Positions 39,501 through 47,055 of a DNA stretch of 64,000 bases are shown here, one piece after another; position 1 is the stretch's first letter; each line of letters starts with the position of its first letter. The notes beneath the pieces were generated by a model, which was not told the origin of the DNA, searched no databases, and saw only the letters and a program-made list of their open reading frames with translations. The DNA is from a virus. Where the stretch lies: the IMG/VR virus record IMGVR_UViG_3300032782_000001, positions 180,404 through 244,403 of that record. One strand, given 5' to 3'. The position numbers were made by a program, and so were the translations under genes.

Positions 39501-40010
39501 TACGTCCACTACGTGTAAATTAAATTGGGTACGAATATCATTTAACATGATGATAGCCGATGCCAGATCAACAGCAATCGGGCTAGTTACTATGTTCACG
39601 GTATCATCGGTCCCGTGGACTCCGATGATAGTAGTCCCCTGAGTAATTTTCTGAATCCTGTGAGAGTTATACCGAGCTTTGAGCTCGTTGGTTAAACCCA
39701 CGACAAGATTAGTAGTGATCCCAACATCAGAAATATCAAAACTAGCGTTTTCAAGTTGAAGAAGTTGATTATTGATGGCCTTCTTAATGTAGAAGACCCC
39801 GTCGTTGCGGCCTCCGGCACTTCCCGTGATTGCAATTTGCTGACCCACATTGAGGGAATTGAAACTGCCAGTCGGAATTGAAACCTGCGTTTCCGACATA
39901 ATTCGGAGGTTACTTCCGGCCAATAAATCAGCTGGCCTCTTGACAATAGGGCCTCGATTGGTAAAGAGAGTCCTATCGAGAACAGAGCTGAGACCAGTAA
40001 AGGTGATCAT
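33522..40010 (-). CDS. Giant repeat protein (2162 aa) built from at least 15 copies of a 41-45 aa helix-loop repeat with two conserved His
   Basis: Recurrent units such as DAVDLITAVDLLNEIRTKYELHRVQPGVHGG, ALDLSSAIALLNELKAKFNAHRTQPGIHDFDD and DATDLVSLVILLNDLKSKMNLHMAKGGASGVHII. The ATGA start overlaps the stop of the upstream 832-aa gene. Confidence 0.8.
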   Translation of the reverse strand: MITFTGLSSVLDRTLFTNRGPIVKRPADLLAGSNLRIMSETQVSIPTGSFNSLNVGQQIAITGSAGGRNDGVFYIKKAINNQLLQLENASFDISDVGITTNLVVGLTNELKARYNSHRIQKITQGTTIIGVHGTDDTVNIVTSPIAVDLASAIIMLNDIRTQFNLHVVDVSGVPPVHKVADTDDVILSPAATSLASAVILVNDLRRKFESHRQNLKSHQVGDSVNRVTISEVKPITGLYPGPLTGPFSWILKDPRPGMVADDSADVDVIVNGSPAAVDAVFGLLGAVVLTNKPSPTDIVSINYAFLNNPPAKLLRLNSPEFNLNQAGNRGYAGFPEHRYRSRSFLIDPVTSPDFTSPYQPQKVGWKYKGLERRYSAVLNDPSTLLLNVPTNRLAYPVLFQTFFETTIRYDPITLPQNAHNPWTLEGDGTFILAPGGNQLTIVDSNIQTGPSSQPPFFTHTIDMRAPAILSAAFRMFVEESVNDGVFTGVSFGVSDGQKVAVIGFILTDAINLSSAIVMVNDAKAKFNSHLTNLGSHIPNDPDDTVVIVDATDLVSLVILLNDLKSKMNLHMAKGGASGVHIIPDTIDPIVSPDADDLPTSLTLVNEIRTKLNAHETQPGIHFVNDVTNVVNQVRQAGILTNRGFAEFQESWNAASVDWTVLTTYRIFRDSDGDISLFLSGGLSPITTASVTELPSISDLDGQFDPLQQIFFGSIGRNSTSTSNWAFVRSNMSPVDANLIGDNKRVDYEADTLPELDPQAPWITVGQGGVERVASGILTIDSTASAPSASVQALGLSSGAYRGCLRLEPILSVNTACSFEFAASIDFWTHSLDNRAAGVFLDDENFSVQFCFLQFSPSPATITGSSTEPFPMVSGDSIVISLDGAPPFTVNFSPSDSTAVNVASTINTAAGFTLASAAGGRVTLTSSDVGIQSSIQIISGSSLSKLGFSPGVYRGKDSNPEPRVSWFGENLPDLDSPVWTRAGTQSSEMLGRTMRLTDSDVSDYVVFNLADPVVTNQAFNSSVDWKMDCRFAVLSFVPGDSIPAAPPYNTYHFCGALVSVDEGPSGKSLELQTAIDPITNNKYLNLVSFNTSTGSLDVKAQYAFNWGDGQTHSYDVYTSKNADSIFVLADGSLLSPLSGQPSPTYSGLNTGLAGPSLSFGSGSAPVNGSDMRSAMSVVDWNTVTVFRDSKISDPSASSRRFVGIFMGGDPTILDSYYLYQVDWTALHTYRIVRDPVSAVSVYVDGGQVPVISTNYDSLRLPSSSTSFLKGITSGHQAVAFGSFNPQEIVRTRWDFIKYSIGKLTLSDRLISPGQVTNRANAVASPDHLFTAKTHQHFGFRIYSGGTPLDDFMSDADVAAFTILGEGTPPVPKTQNLESRGGLTRVVTPVENIPSVDLVNTKGFISDLEDDIDDVVTEPSATTVSDAISDVISIANDVQSKYNSHRVQPGLHVSNDLVNASILPAALDLSSAIALLNELKAKFNAHRTQPGIHDFDDNQDIVTSADATDIDSAVVLADDLIVQYTGHRNGGPLHITPDVTNIVTAADASDITSLAILADEVRVQMSAHVLATSFHFFSDILDAETILRIPGLGYGSVQADLVTVENPTIPLGIGNSIEFLTGPNAGSFRVVIAVGAGFFTASAPYATPDSSPSSFTRIVAGQPVLDLPSIIGLINDMKLKFNRHRTLIESQVELHEDLDIRYAVVSPDAFDLNTAITLLNELKSEYNLHRVGNLYHFGFSPVLSVSSIDGPTVTALTLAADLLNQFNMHLVRPRTHVTEDIQDHVFLPPPSDLASLILTTNQLKLKFNIHRTADDVHVTDDTVNVVTSPDAVDLITAVDLLNEIRTKYELHRVQPGVHGGTVFIRLDPPSRVLYEGMKFFRTPTGEPGHVSPFSDDETWHIDGFKAQQDQTLTFTGAALPENAQLVGNLTPPFNIVGGETITIQVDQADPVLVTFQAGDTTSGAVVSRINSAPGLPSSLASSEIDGRIRLISPTSGPSSKVMILSGSAIFLLGLDVPQYTPWFILSDDPSSVSVTMMSAGPIDFMRYGTIGTTRTAYESRSGLPDSISVKFEMTLSIRINSVFSPSTNLDSGIYVGFSGIAGPFGFTAGIGFEKLGSFRFVKVQDLNSGKTLFRRPFDWEDGNFHTYRLVRDLKRNSLQLIILN

Positions 40011-42505
40011 GGAATTACCGCATTCCCTGCCGTATCAGTGAGACCAACGGCTTGAAGGGTATATGAGATGGGTTCCATGCTGGTTACTCGAATTGACACA
40101 ACTTGCGGATCTCTCCAACTCATTTCTTTGACCACAATAGATCCACCTGTAAGGACTAAGTTAGATGAATCGAGTGGGACTTGATACATTGGCTTAGAAA
40201 AGTATACTTCTACAGTGTCGGCTTCCAGTCGAACACCGGCATCAGTGTCAACAATTCCAGGCCTAGGGAGTGCGGATGCCAAAGAGGGGGTGGACGCAAC
40301 ACCTTCAATGGGGAATTGGATCGATACTTGATGGTGATGATCTGCCCCTAAATGCCTACCATCAAATGTACCGGGGGTCAAATCACCATCGGAATTATCA
40401 TGATACACATCTTTGAAATTAGCAGAAAAAGTATACGTCATGCTATCGATCATTGAATCAGTCTCAATGATGATTCCATCAAAGAGTCGAGCTGAATAAA
40501 TACGCCATCCCGGTGCAGAATGAACTCCCAATTTAATATTGTGAGCCAAGAATTTCTTACGAATTTCGGCCACTAGCGCCACCAAAGTATCCATATCAGA
40601 AGCAATTGGTGCCTGGACGATATCGAAATCTGATTGGAAATGATAAAAATTACTCGACATATGATTGTTGAGATTGATAACAAATGAATTGACAGATATG
40701 ATTGCATCTTCTAAAGTAGGAGAAACGGCGTAAACCGGATTATTCATGAAATCAATATTCTGGTGACCAGCTCCTGTATTAGGGAATCCTGAAACATGTT
40801 GTGAGAATGCAAATGCAAGTTGATTGAATGCCCACATAACACCAGGGAGAGTAGCTGAAACTCTAACTGAATTAGACTCAACAATATTCCCACTAGAATC
40901 CAGAAGTTTGACTGAACTGGAAGAGTCAAGAAGCGGTTCTCTATCGAAGAAGAGAGCTGCTGATTCATCCACTACTTCCTGATCGAAAATCTGAGTAACC
41001 TGCGTATTGACTGCACGGGCAATAATGCTGCCTGTGTAATCACCAGGATTGGTCATACTACCGGCGTCATCACTTGTAAGCGTGGCTGCAATCGTAACGG
41101 GTATTTCATTGGAATTCATGACTAGATGTAAATCCGCGTAATAAGTATAGGGGGTTTCCGCAGGGAACACTTGCGGAAACAAATCTGTGGACGCACTTAA
41201 TTGAGTCCTGTCTAAAATTTCTGGTCCAATCTGGAATGGGTACCTAATAGAAAAAGGGACAGAATAAATAGGAGCCAAATGACCATTATAAGCCGGCTTC
41301 AAATTCTGGTTCATCACAGCCACGGCGAATCCGAGTTGACCATGAGGAACGGACAAGAATCCGAATGTGTTGTATAAGTCATTGTAAACATGAACACCGG
41401 ACGCCACAAAGTGAGATAGAACTTTCAGTTGTCCTTCATTCAAGATGTCGATACCGCTGTCTGTATCAACAGCGTCAGGTGATGTGACCGTATCAGTAGG
41501 ATCATTGTTGACATGTATTCCGGCTGCCACCAGATGAGCATTGAATTTTGCCTTGAAGTCATTCATGAGAGTGACAAATGTGGGCTCATCAATTGCGTCG
41601 GGGGCTGTAATTAGATCAACCGTATCTGTATGGACGTGCGGACCTTGCTGAGTCACTGACCAATTCGTTTGAGTTCGAGCATCTCCAACTGGTCCGTTGA
41701 AATAAACACGAACAGTGCCAGTCATGATGAAATCGTTACTAACATCTGCTACGTATGCATCAATAATCTGAAGTTGAGTAATTTTTGTGTAGTCATACGG
41801 AAGAGGAGACCTTAAAACTAGGTCTAAATCAGTGCTACCAGTAGCCGAATTGAAAGACTGGTCTACGACACCTGAGAAGTCAATCGCATAGGAATTAGCC
41901 GCCGCCATTCCTGGAGGAAGTGCAAATCTCAAAGAGGATTCAGGTAGAACGAGTTCCGAAGACCAAACTTGAAGCGTCATAGCGACGCCTCCGCCACCAT
42001 TCGAATCTCTGATTGTTGCTGTTGCAGCAGGAGAAGTGGGTCCTACGGATCGATCAAAAACAATATCCACACAACCACGACGGGACAGATAAGCTCCGAG
42101 AACATGAGGAGGGTCAATAACATTAGCAGTAAAATTGCGAGCTGCCCCAGAAACTCCTTCGCCTGCAGCATCTTCCACACCAAACACTTGAACGGAATAA
42201 GCCGTACCTGAGGTAAGGCTGAGAGAAAGGTTCAAAACAACAGAGCGTCGAGTTTCATCATAAAACTCGACTGAAAGAATGGCTGGAACTATGGCTGTCC
42301 CTGGAGGAGCCAAAGACGACATGAAATACATACCAACAGGGAGTGCTGAATCTGTAACAGGAACGTCGAATACAATTCGGACTTTCCGGGCACCAATCTG
42401 ATGGGCCGTAAACCCGAACGTGCCGAGACCGAATGAATCAACAATCCCGAGAACGATGTTCCCGAGTTGACTGTTCGGAGTGCCGAGCCTTCCAGTAAAG
42501 GGCAT
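40007..42505 (-). CDS. Large structural protein (832 aa) carrying at least 5 copies of the same His-containing repeat
   Basis: PDAIDEPTFVTLMNDFKAKFNAHLVAAGIHVNNDPTDTVTSPDAVDTDSGIDILNEGQLKVLSHFVASGVHVYND; ...LVALVAEIRKKFLAHNIKLGVHS. Confidence 0.8.
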   Translation of the reverse strand: MPFTGRLGTPNSQLGNIVLGIVDSFGLGTFGFTAHQIGARKVRIVFDVPVTDSALPVGMYFMSSLAPPGTAIVPAILSVEFYDETRRSVVLNLSLSLTSGTAYSVQVFGVEDAAGEGVSGAARNFTANVIDPPHVLGAYLSRRGCVDIVFDRSVGPTSPAATATIRDSNGGGGVAMTLQVWSSELVLPESSLRFALPPGMAAANSYAIDFSGVVDQSFNSATGSTDLDLVLRSPLPYDYTKITQLQIIDAYVADVSNDFIMTGTVRVYFNGPVGDARTQTNWSVTQQGPHVHTDTVDLITAPDAIDEPTFVTLMNDFKAKFNAHLVAAGIHVNNDPTDTVTSPDAVDTDSGIDILNEGQLKVLSHFVASGVHVYNDLYNTFGFLSVPHGQLGFAVAVMNQNLKPAYNGHLAPIYSVPFSIRYPFQIGPEILDRTQLSASTDLFPQVFPAETPYTYYADLHLVMNSNEIPVTIAATLTSDDAGSMTNPGDYTGSIIARAVNTQVTQIFDQEVVDESAALFFDREPLLDSSSSVKLLDSSGNIVESNSVRVSATLPGVMWAFNQLAFAFSQHVSGFPNTGAGHQNIDFMNNPVYAVSPTLEDAIISVNSFVINLNNHMSSNFYHFQSDFDIVQAPIASDMDTLVALVAEIRKKFLAHNIKLGVHSAPGWRIYSARLFDGIIIETDSMIDSMTYTFSANFKDVYHDNSDGDLTPGTFDGRHLGADHHHQVSIQFPIEGVASTPSLASALPRPGIVDTDAGVRLEADTVEVYFSKPMYQVPLDSSNLVLTGGSIVVKEMSWRDPQVVSIRVTSMEPISYTLQAVGLTDTAGNAVIP

Positions 42506-42508
42506 GAA

Positions 42509-43366
42509 TCAACTAGTCCTGGACCGACGTGCTAGTTTCTTCCTTGCAAAAACAACTAAAGCACGTGCCTTTCGGCATACTATGCATTCGTATCGAACCT
42601 TTAAGCCAATTTTCTTATGGCATTCTCCGATCGGGATTGGACCGTGGACCTTGCAGTTGAAATGAGTCCGTTCTAATGATAACCTCTTGAGAGTCGCACC
42701 ACCGTTCTTGATCGCGGCATCTGACGGACGACGACCTTTCATGGCTGCAGAGATTTTAGCTCTCGCTTCCGTGGATAGCTTTCTGCCTGACGACGCCTGC
42801 CGGATTTTTTCTTTATGGTCATTGGAGAGCTTCTTCCCCCGTTGCACTTCGGAAATTTTCCGCTTAGACTCGTCGGAATGGTGTTTTCCTTTGAAAGAAG
42901 AACCGAGAGCCACAATCTCCGGACGAGAATGAACTTCCTTGGAAATTTTGGACATCTTCTGACGATATTCAGGCGTCCATGATGCCTTACTAACTGCAGA
43001 CGCCTTCTCTCGGAAGCCCGGACGGTTCCAGTAATCAGTTTTAACTGAATGTGGGGTATGAAGTCCTCCCTGCATAAGATTGAAACCCTTCTCGGAATTC
43101 CTTGTGTCGTAGAATTCAATCCAACTCTCTTCAGCTAGATTCGCAACTCCGAGCTCAGAGCAAACTTCAAGCACCTCGTGCAAAAAAGCATCCTTCCCAT
43201 ATTTCCGAATTGCACTCCAAAAATAACGACATCCTTTGCCGAGTTTGGACTTCGCATTATGAAGATGTTGATTCCATCGCTTCATCATTGTGAGCTTCGT
43301 CAGCCCAATATAGCGACGTCCAGATTCAGTATGCGTATGACAGTAAATAGTCCAGCGAGTCCCCAT
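42509..43366 (-). CDS. Second free-standing GIY-YIG homing endonuclease, paralogue of 26333-27253
   Basis: WTIYCHTHTESGRRYIGLT...RWNQH...YDTRNSEKGFNL; about 60% identity to the first HEG over the catalytic domain; NUMOD-like C-terminal repeats. Confidence 0.85.
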   Translation of the reverse strand: MGTRWTIYCHTHTESGRRYIGLTKLTMMKRWNQHLHNAKSKLGKGCRYFWSAIRKYGKDAFLHEVLEVCSELGVANLAEESWIEFYDTRNSEKGFNLMQGGLHTPHSVKTDYWNRPGFREKASAVSKASWTPEYRQKMSKISKEVHSRPEIVALGSSFKGKHHSDESKRKISEVQRGKKLSNDHKEKIRQASSGRKLSTEARAKISAAMKGRRPSDAAIKNGGATLKRLSLERTHFNCKVHGPIPIGECHKKIGLKVRYECIVCRKARALVVFARKKLARRSRTS

Positions 43367-43393
43367 GAGGACACCCTACCGGACCAATATTCG

Positions 43394-46147
43394 TCATGCC
43401 CAGGTAAATACGATTTGTGCCAGTTTGCAGGTAGCCTGATCCGAAGGCCCAGGACCAGTAGGACCAGAAGGTCCCGTCGGATAGCATCTAAGCTGAACTT
43501 CGTAGAGTTGCATCTGGTTATCCAAGTCGGCCGGCACGGTCAGTATCTGTCGAACGAGTGTGGGAGTGGTATTGATCAAGTTCTTCGTAGTTCCCGAAAT
43601 ACCAGTACCGACGCCAAGGTTATAGAGACGAATCTCTGCATACATGCTTGGCGTGGACTCAATAACAGCTTGCCATTCGATTTGTCGACCACTGACTTGA
43701 GTTTTGGTTGGATCTACTGCGATGGCTCCAATACCAACGAAGCCAGTTTGACCAGTTTGTTGAGCTCCAACCACCCCCGGGAAAACAACAGAAATTGGGA
43801 ATGGTCCAGATCCGCCCCCACCACCTCCACCAGGACCAGTTGCACCTTGAGGACCCGTCGCTCCGGTAGCTCCGGCGGGTCCGGTAGCTCCGGCGGGTCC
43901 GGTAGCTCCCGTTACGCCTGGAGATCCTTGCGAACCAATAGCTCCTTGCGGTCCAGTGGCTCCTGTAACTCCTGGAAGGCCGATCGGACCTGTGGATCCC
44001 TGAGGTCCGGTAGGTCCCGCAGGTCCAATTGCACCTTGAGGACCAGTCGCCCCCGTCAACCCCGGAGATCCTTGAGGAGCTCCGGCGGGTCCGGTAGCTC
44101 CAGTGACCCCGTCCATGCCGGCAGGACCCGTAGCCCCCTGAGGACCCGTAGCCCCCGGAGCTCCAGTTACTCCGTCCGCACCTTGTGGTCCAGTGGCTCC
44201 AGTGACGCCGGGTGACCCTTGAGGAGCTCCCGCAGGTCCAGTTACTCCAGTGACCCCAGGTGAGCCCTGAACGCCCTGCGACCCAGTAGGGCCAACCGCA
44301 CCCGTCGCCCCAGTTGCACCAGCATTTCCAATGGGTCCGGTTGCACCTTGTGGACCGGTTGCACCTTGTGGACCGGTTGGACCAGTTACTCCAGTTAAAC
44401 CTGGAGACCCTTGCGGACCTGTTGCTCCTTGTGGCCCCGTAGATCCTTGTGGCCCCGTAGATCCTTGTGGTCCAGTCGCCCCAGTTGCTCCTTGGGGACC
44501 AGTTGCTCCTTGGGGACCAAGGGGCCCTGTAACGCCATCAATTCCCGTTGCACCTTGAAGGCCCGTTGCACCTTGTGGACCGGTTACTCCCTGCGCTCCG
44601 GTTGTACCGACAGGTCCAGTTGGGCCAGTTGCTCCAGTGGCCCCTTGTGGACCGGTTGCACCTTGTGGACCGGTTGTACCAATAGGTCCAGTCGGGCCAG
44701 TTGCTCCAGTGACTCCGTCTACACCGGTGGCGCCTTGTGGACCAGTTACACCATCAGCTCCTGTTGAGCCCTGCGGCCCTGTGGGGCCAGTAGCCCCCGT
44801 TGCACCTGGGGGCCCACCAAAGGGACCCGTAGGCCCTTGAGGACCAGTGGAACCGGTAACACCTTGTGGGCCTGCAGGACCTGTCGGACCAGTAGTTCCC
44901 GTAAAACCTGGAGAACCTTGCGGCCCGATTGAACCAGTAGGTCCTTGGGGACCTGTGGGGCCAGTTGCACCTTGCGGGCCAGTTGGTCCAATTGGACCAC
45001 CAGAAGGTCCAGTCGGGCCAGTAGCACCAACGGCACCAACCAAACCAATCGCAGAAATTTCGCCTGTTAAGAAATTGACAGTTCCGGAGTTAGCAAGCCA
45101 TTGAACCTTTACGGTATAAGTTCCAGCTGACAAGGCCGTGGACGTAAACGTCCCGGCCACAATGCTCATGGAAGTGGATTCTCCATCCTCTTGGAGAGAT
45201 GGACCGTTTTGGGAGTCAATAACGAGTCGAAAAACGGCAGAACTTGAAAGAACATCAGGCTGCCACTGGAGAGAGAACGACGCCGAAATAGGCGCCGTAC
45301 TTCCAATAGTGACGCTCGTAGACATACCCGGGATGTCTACGAATCCGACACTCGTAGTCTGAGCAAATGTCGGAGTGCTAATATATCCGAAGGGAATTGG
45401 AGCGGGGGCTGGTGCCGGACCCTGAATACCCGTAGCGCCTTGTAAACCTGTAGCTCCTTGTGGTCCAGTGACTCCCGGAGAACCTTGAGGCCCAGTCGGC
45501 CCCGTGGCACCAGTCGCTCCAACTGGCCCAGCAGCACCTGTGACTCCAGCGGGTCCAGTGACTCCCGGAGAACCTTGAGGCCCAGTCGTTCCAGGACTAC
45601 CTTGGGGACCTGTGGTTCCTGCAATACCAGGAGAACCTTGAGTTCCTTGGGATCCCGTAGCTCCTCTCGGTCCCGTTGGTCCAGTCGCCCCCGTCGATCC
45701 GACAGGTCCGGTGGCTCCAGTTGGTCCCTGAGGACCTCCAAAAGGCCCCGTGGGACCCTGGGCACCAGTAGGACCCACAGGGCCCGTGACACCAGTAGGA
45801 CCCGCAGGTCCCGCAGGTCCTATGGGACCCGTAGAACCAGCAGGACCGGTAATTCCGGTGATGTCTGTTTTAAGTTGATCAATGGCCCCTGCAGTCAAAA
45901 TATGAGTGACTGTCGCGCCGAAAGCGTGGGTCGCTGCGGAAGTTCCCTCTTGACCACGGAGAACTGTAAATAAATTCCCGGCGACTCCAGTGACGATCAA
46001 AATCTCATCGTCAATCCGAATACGGAATTGCGGGAGAGGAGGAAACAACGCAGCGCTGGCGACAGTAACATTCGTCGCCACGGGGCTAATGCCGCCGAGC
46101 TGGTTGATAGTCGTCTGTGCGCCGTTGGAGAATTTCTCGGTGGTCAC
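43394..46147 (-). CDS. Collagen-like tail fibre (917 aa): N-terminal anchor, two long G-X-Y triple-helix blocks separated by an Ig-like insert, C-terminal domain shared with the 441-aa fibre
   Basis: About 550 aa of [10 protein letters not shown]-type triplets; a G7 run before the C-terminal domain; C-terminal homology to 32163-33488. Confidence 0.85.
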   Translation of the reverse strand: MTTEKFSNGAQTTINQLGGISPVATNVTVASAALFPPLPQFRIRIDDEILIVTGVAGNLFTVLRGQEGTSAATHAFGATVTHILTAGAIDQLKTDITGITGPAGSTGPIGPAGPAGPTGVTGPVGPTGAQGPTGPFGGPQGPTGATGPVGSTGATGPTGPRGATGSQGTQGSPGIAGTTGPQGSPGTTGPQGSPGVTGPAGVTGAAGPVGATGATGPTGPQGSPGVTGPQGATGLQGATGIQGPAPAPAPIPFGYISTPTFAQTTSVGFVDIPGMSTSVTIGSTAPISASFSLQWQPDVLSSSAVFRLVIDSQNGPSLQEDGESTSMSIVAGTFTSTALSAGTYTVKVQWLANSGTVNFLTGEISAIGLVGAVGATGPTGPSGGPIGPTGPQGATGPTGPQGPTGSIGPQGSPGFTGTTGPTGPAGPQGVTGSTGPQGPTGPFGGPPGATGATGPTGPQGSTGADGVTGPQGATGVDGVTGATGPTGPIGTTGPQGATGPQGATGATGPTGPVGTTGAQGVTGPQGATGLQGATGIDGVTGPLGPQGATGPQGATGATGPQGSTGPQGSTGPQGATGPQGSPGLTGVTGPTGPQGATGPQGATGPIGNAGATGATGAVGPTGSQGVQGSPGVTGVTGPAGAPQGSPGVTGATGPQGADGVTGAPGATGPQGATGPAGMDGVTGATGPAGAPQGSPGLTGATGPQGAIGPAGPTGPQGSTGPIGLPGVTGATGPQGAIGSQGSPGVTGATGPAGATGPAGATGATGPQGATGPGGGGGGGSGPFPISVVFPGVVGAQQTGQTGFVGIGAIAVDPTKTQVSGRQIEWQAVIESTPSMYAEIRLYNLGVGTGISGTTKNLINTTPTLVRQILTVPADLDNQMQLYEVQLRCYPTGPSGPTGPGPSDQATCKLAQIVFTWA
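43800..45880. repeat. Highly repetitive coding DNA of the collagen blocks, including perfect 18-bp tandem duplications and ~30-bp dispersed repeats
   Basis: tccggtagctccggcggg x2.5 at 43862-43909; gcaccttgtggaccggtt x2 at 44343-44378 and again near 44650-44685; ccttgtggccccgtagat x2 at 44427-44462; caggtccagttgggccagttgctccagtg at 44611 and 44684. Confidence 0.85.
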
Positions 46148-46223
46148 GAGCTACCCTCGCTGACGCAGGAGCGGCCGTTCATGGTCACACCGACGTCGGC
46201 GATAAGAATCCCAGACCGGGGGT

Positions 46224-47036
46224 CTAAAACGAACCAGAATGGTCTTCGTTTGTCACAAAGACCGCCCTTTTTGTACCGAGAACATCGATCCGTTCCACAC
46301 CTTCAACGAATTTACGAAAATCTTCGTAACCATAATTCGACAAATCGAAAGTAAAAGTGTCGGTCACTTTATTGGGCTGGAACTCATCCAAATTCTGTTG
46401 GCCCGTGTAAACATCTTGAAGGATGAACCTGAGTCTATACAAAGTGTGAGCGGGTCGAATGATATTCAAAAGGATACGGATATTCTTGTCTGCTAGGAAA
46501 ACATCCGTAGCACCTGGAGAAGCAAGAAAAACATCAATGTCAAATCCAAATTCATCTGAGATATCCAGTCCAGATGCTGGATTACGAGCTTCCAAGAAGT
46601 TTTCCCTGACAACCACTGTTCCATTCACGAACAGTTCTGCAGATTTCTTAATGGAACTCGGTACACTTCCCGCAAAATAAATATCGATGATTTTGAGTAA
46701 GAAATCTCGAAAATCTAAATCTGCAAGCTGAGGATCCGGAGCTCCCGCTTTCTGCGGGAACAAAATGGATGTGACCATCTGATAGAGGAAGTCAGTTCTG
46801 GTCGTGGCGTAATAAGTATCACTACGGACATCATCGAGAGACAATCGAACCCTGGCAAGAGCCAGAGCCATCGCCTTAATCTCCCGAGTATAATTCGGTC
46901 CGTCGATAGTTGACTGCCAATATGAAGACAGTAAAGCCAGGAAAACTTTGAAATGCTTGTCGGCCTCGTCGTTGAGACGATTTAGATACTCTTCACCGGC
47001 TTCATAAGTGTTGAAGTTAATCCTTACAATAGCCAC
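46224..47036 (-). CDS. Hypothetical structural protein
   Basis: 270-aa ORF between the 1150-aa gene and the collagen fibre; no family recognised. Confidence 0.5.
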   Translation of the reverse strand: MAIVRINFNTYEAGEEYLNRLNDEADKHFKVFLALLSSYWQSTIDGPNYTREIKAMALALARVRLSLDDVRSDTYYATTRTDFLYQMVTSILFPQKAGAPDPQLADLDFRDFLLKIIDIYFAGSVPSSIKKSAELFVNGTVVVRENFLEARNPASGLDISDEFGFDIDVFLASPGATDVFLADKNIRILLNIIRPAHTLYRLRFILQDVYTGQQNLDEFQPNKVTDTFTFDLSNYGYEDFRKFVEGVERIDVLGTKRAVFVTNEDHSGSF

Positions 47037-47055
47037 TTCTTCCCTCAGTATGAGA

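Noticed and set aside
43800-45880. Regularly spaced short direct repeats that superficially resemble a CRISPR array
   Set aside because: The repeats are 9/18-bp in-frame collagen codon units without constant-repeat/unique-spacer architecture, and they lie inside a long ORF. No cas genes are present.
43178-45973. Several 70-345-aa plus-strand and alternative-frame ORFs (for example 43178..44215, 44331..44558, 45458..45973) rich in Cys/Pro/Arg/Ser
   Set aside because: All are antisense or frame-shifted readings of the GC-rich G-X-Y collagen repeats of the 917-aa fibre gene. Triplet periodicity makes all frames open.
46191-46200. Perfect 10-bp palindrome ccgacgtcgg between the 270-aa gene and the collagen fibre
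   Set aside because: It is short and isolated, and could occur by chance. There is no repeat of it elsewhere in the window to suggest a regulatory motif.
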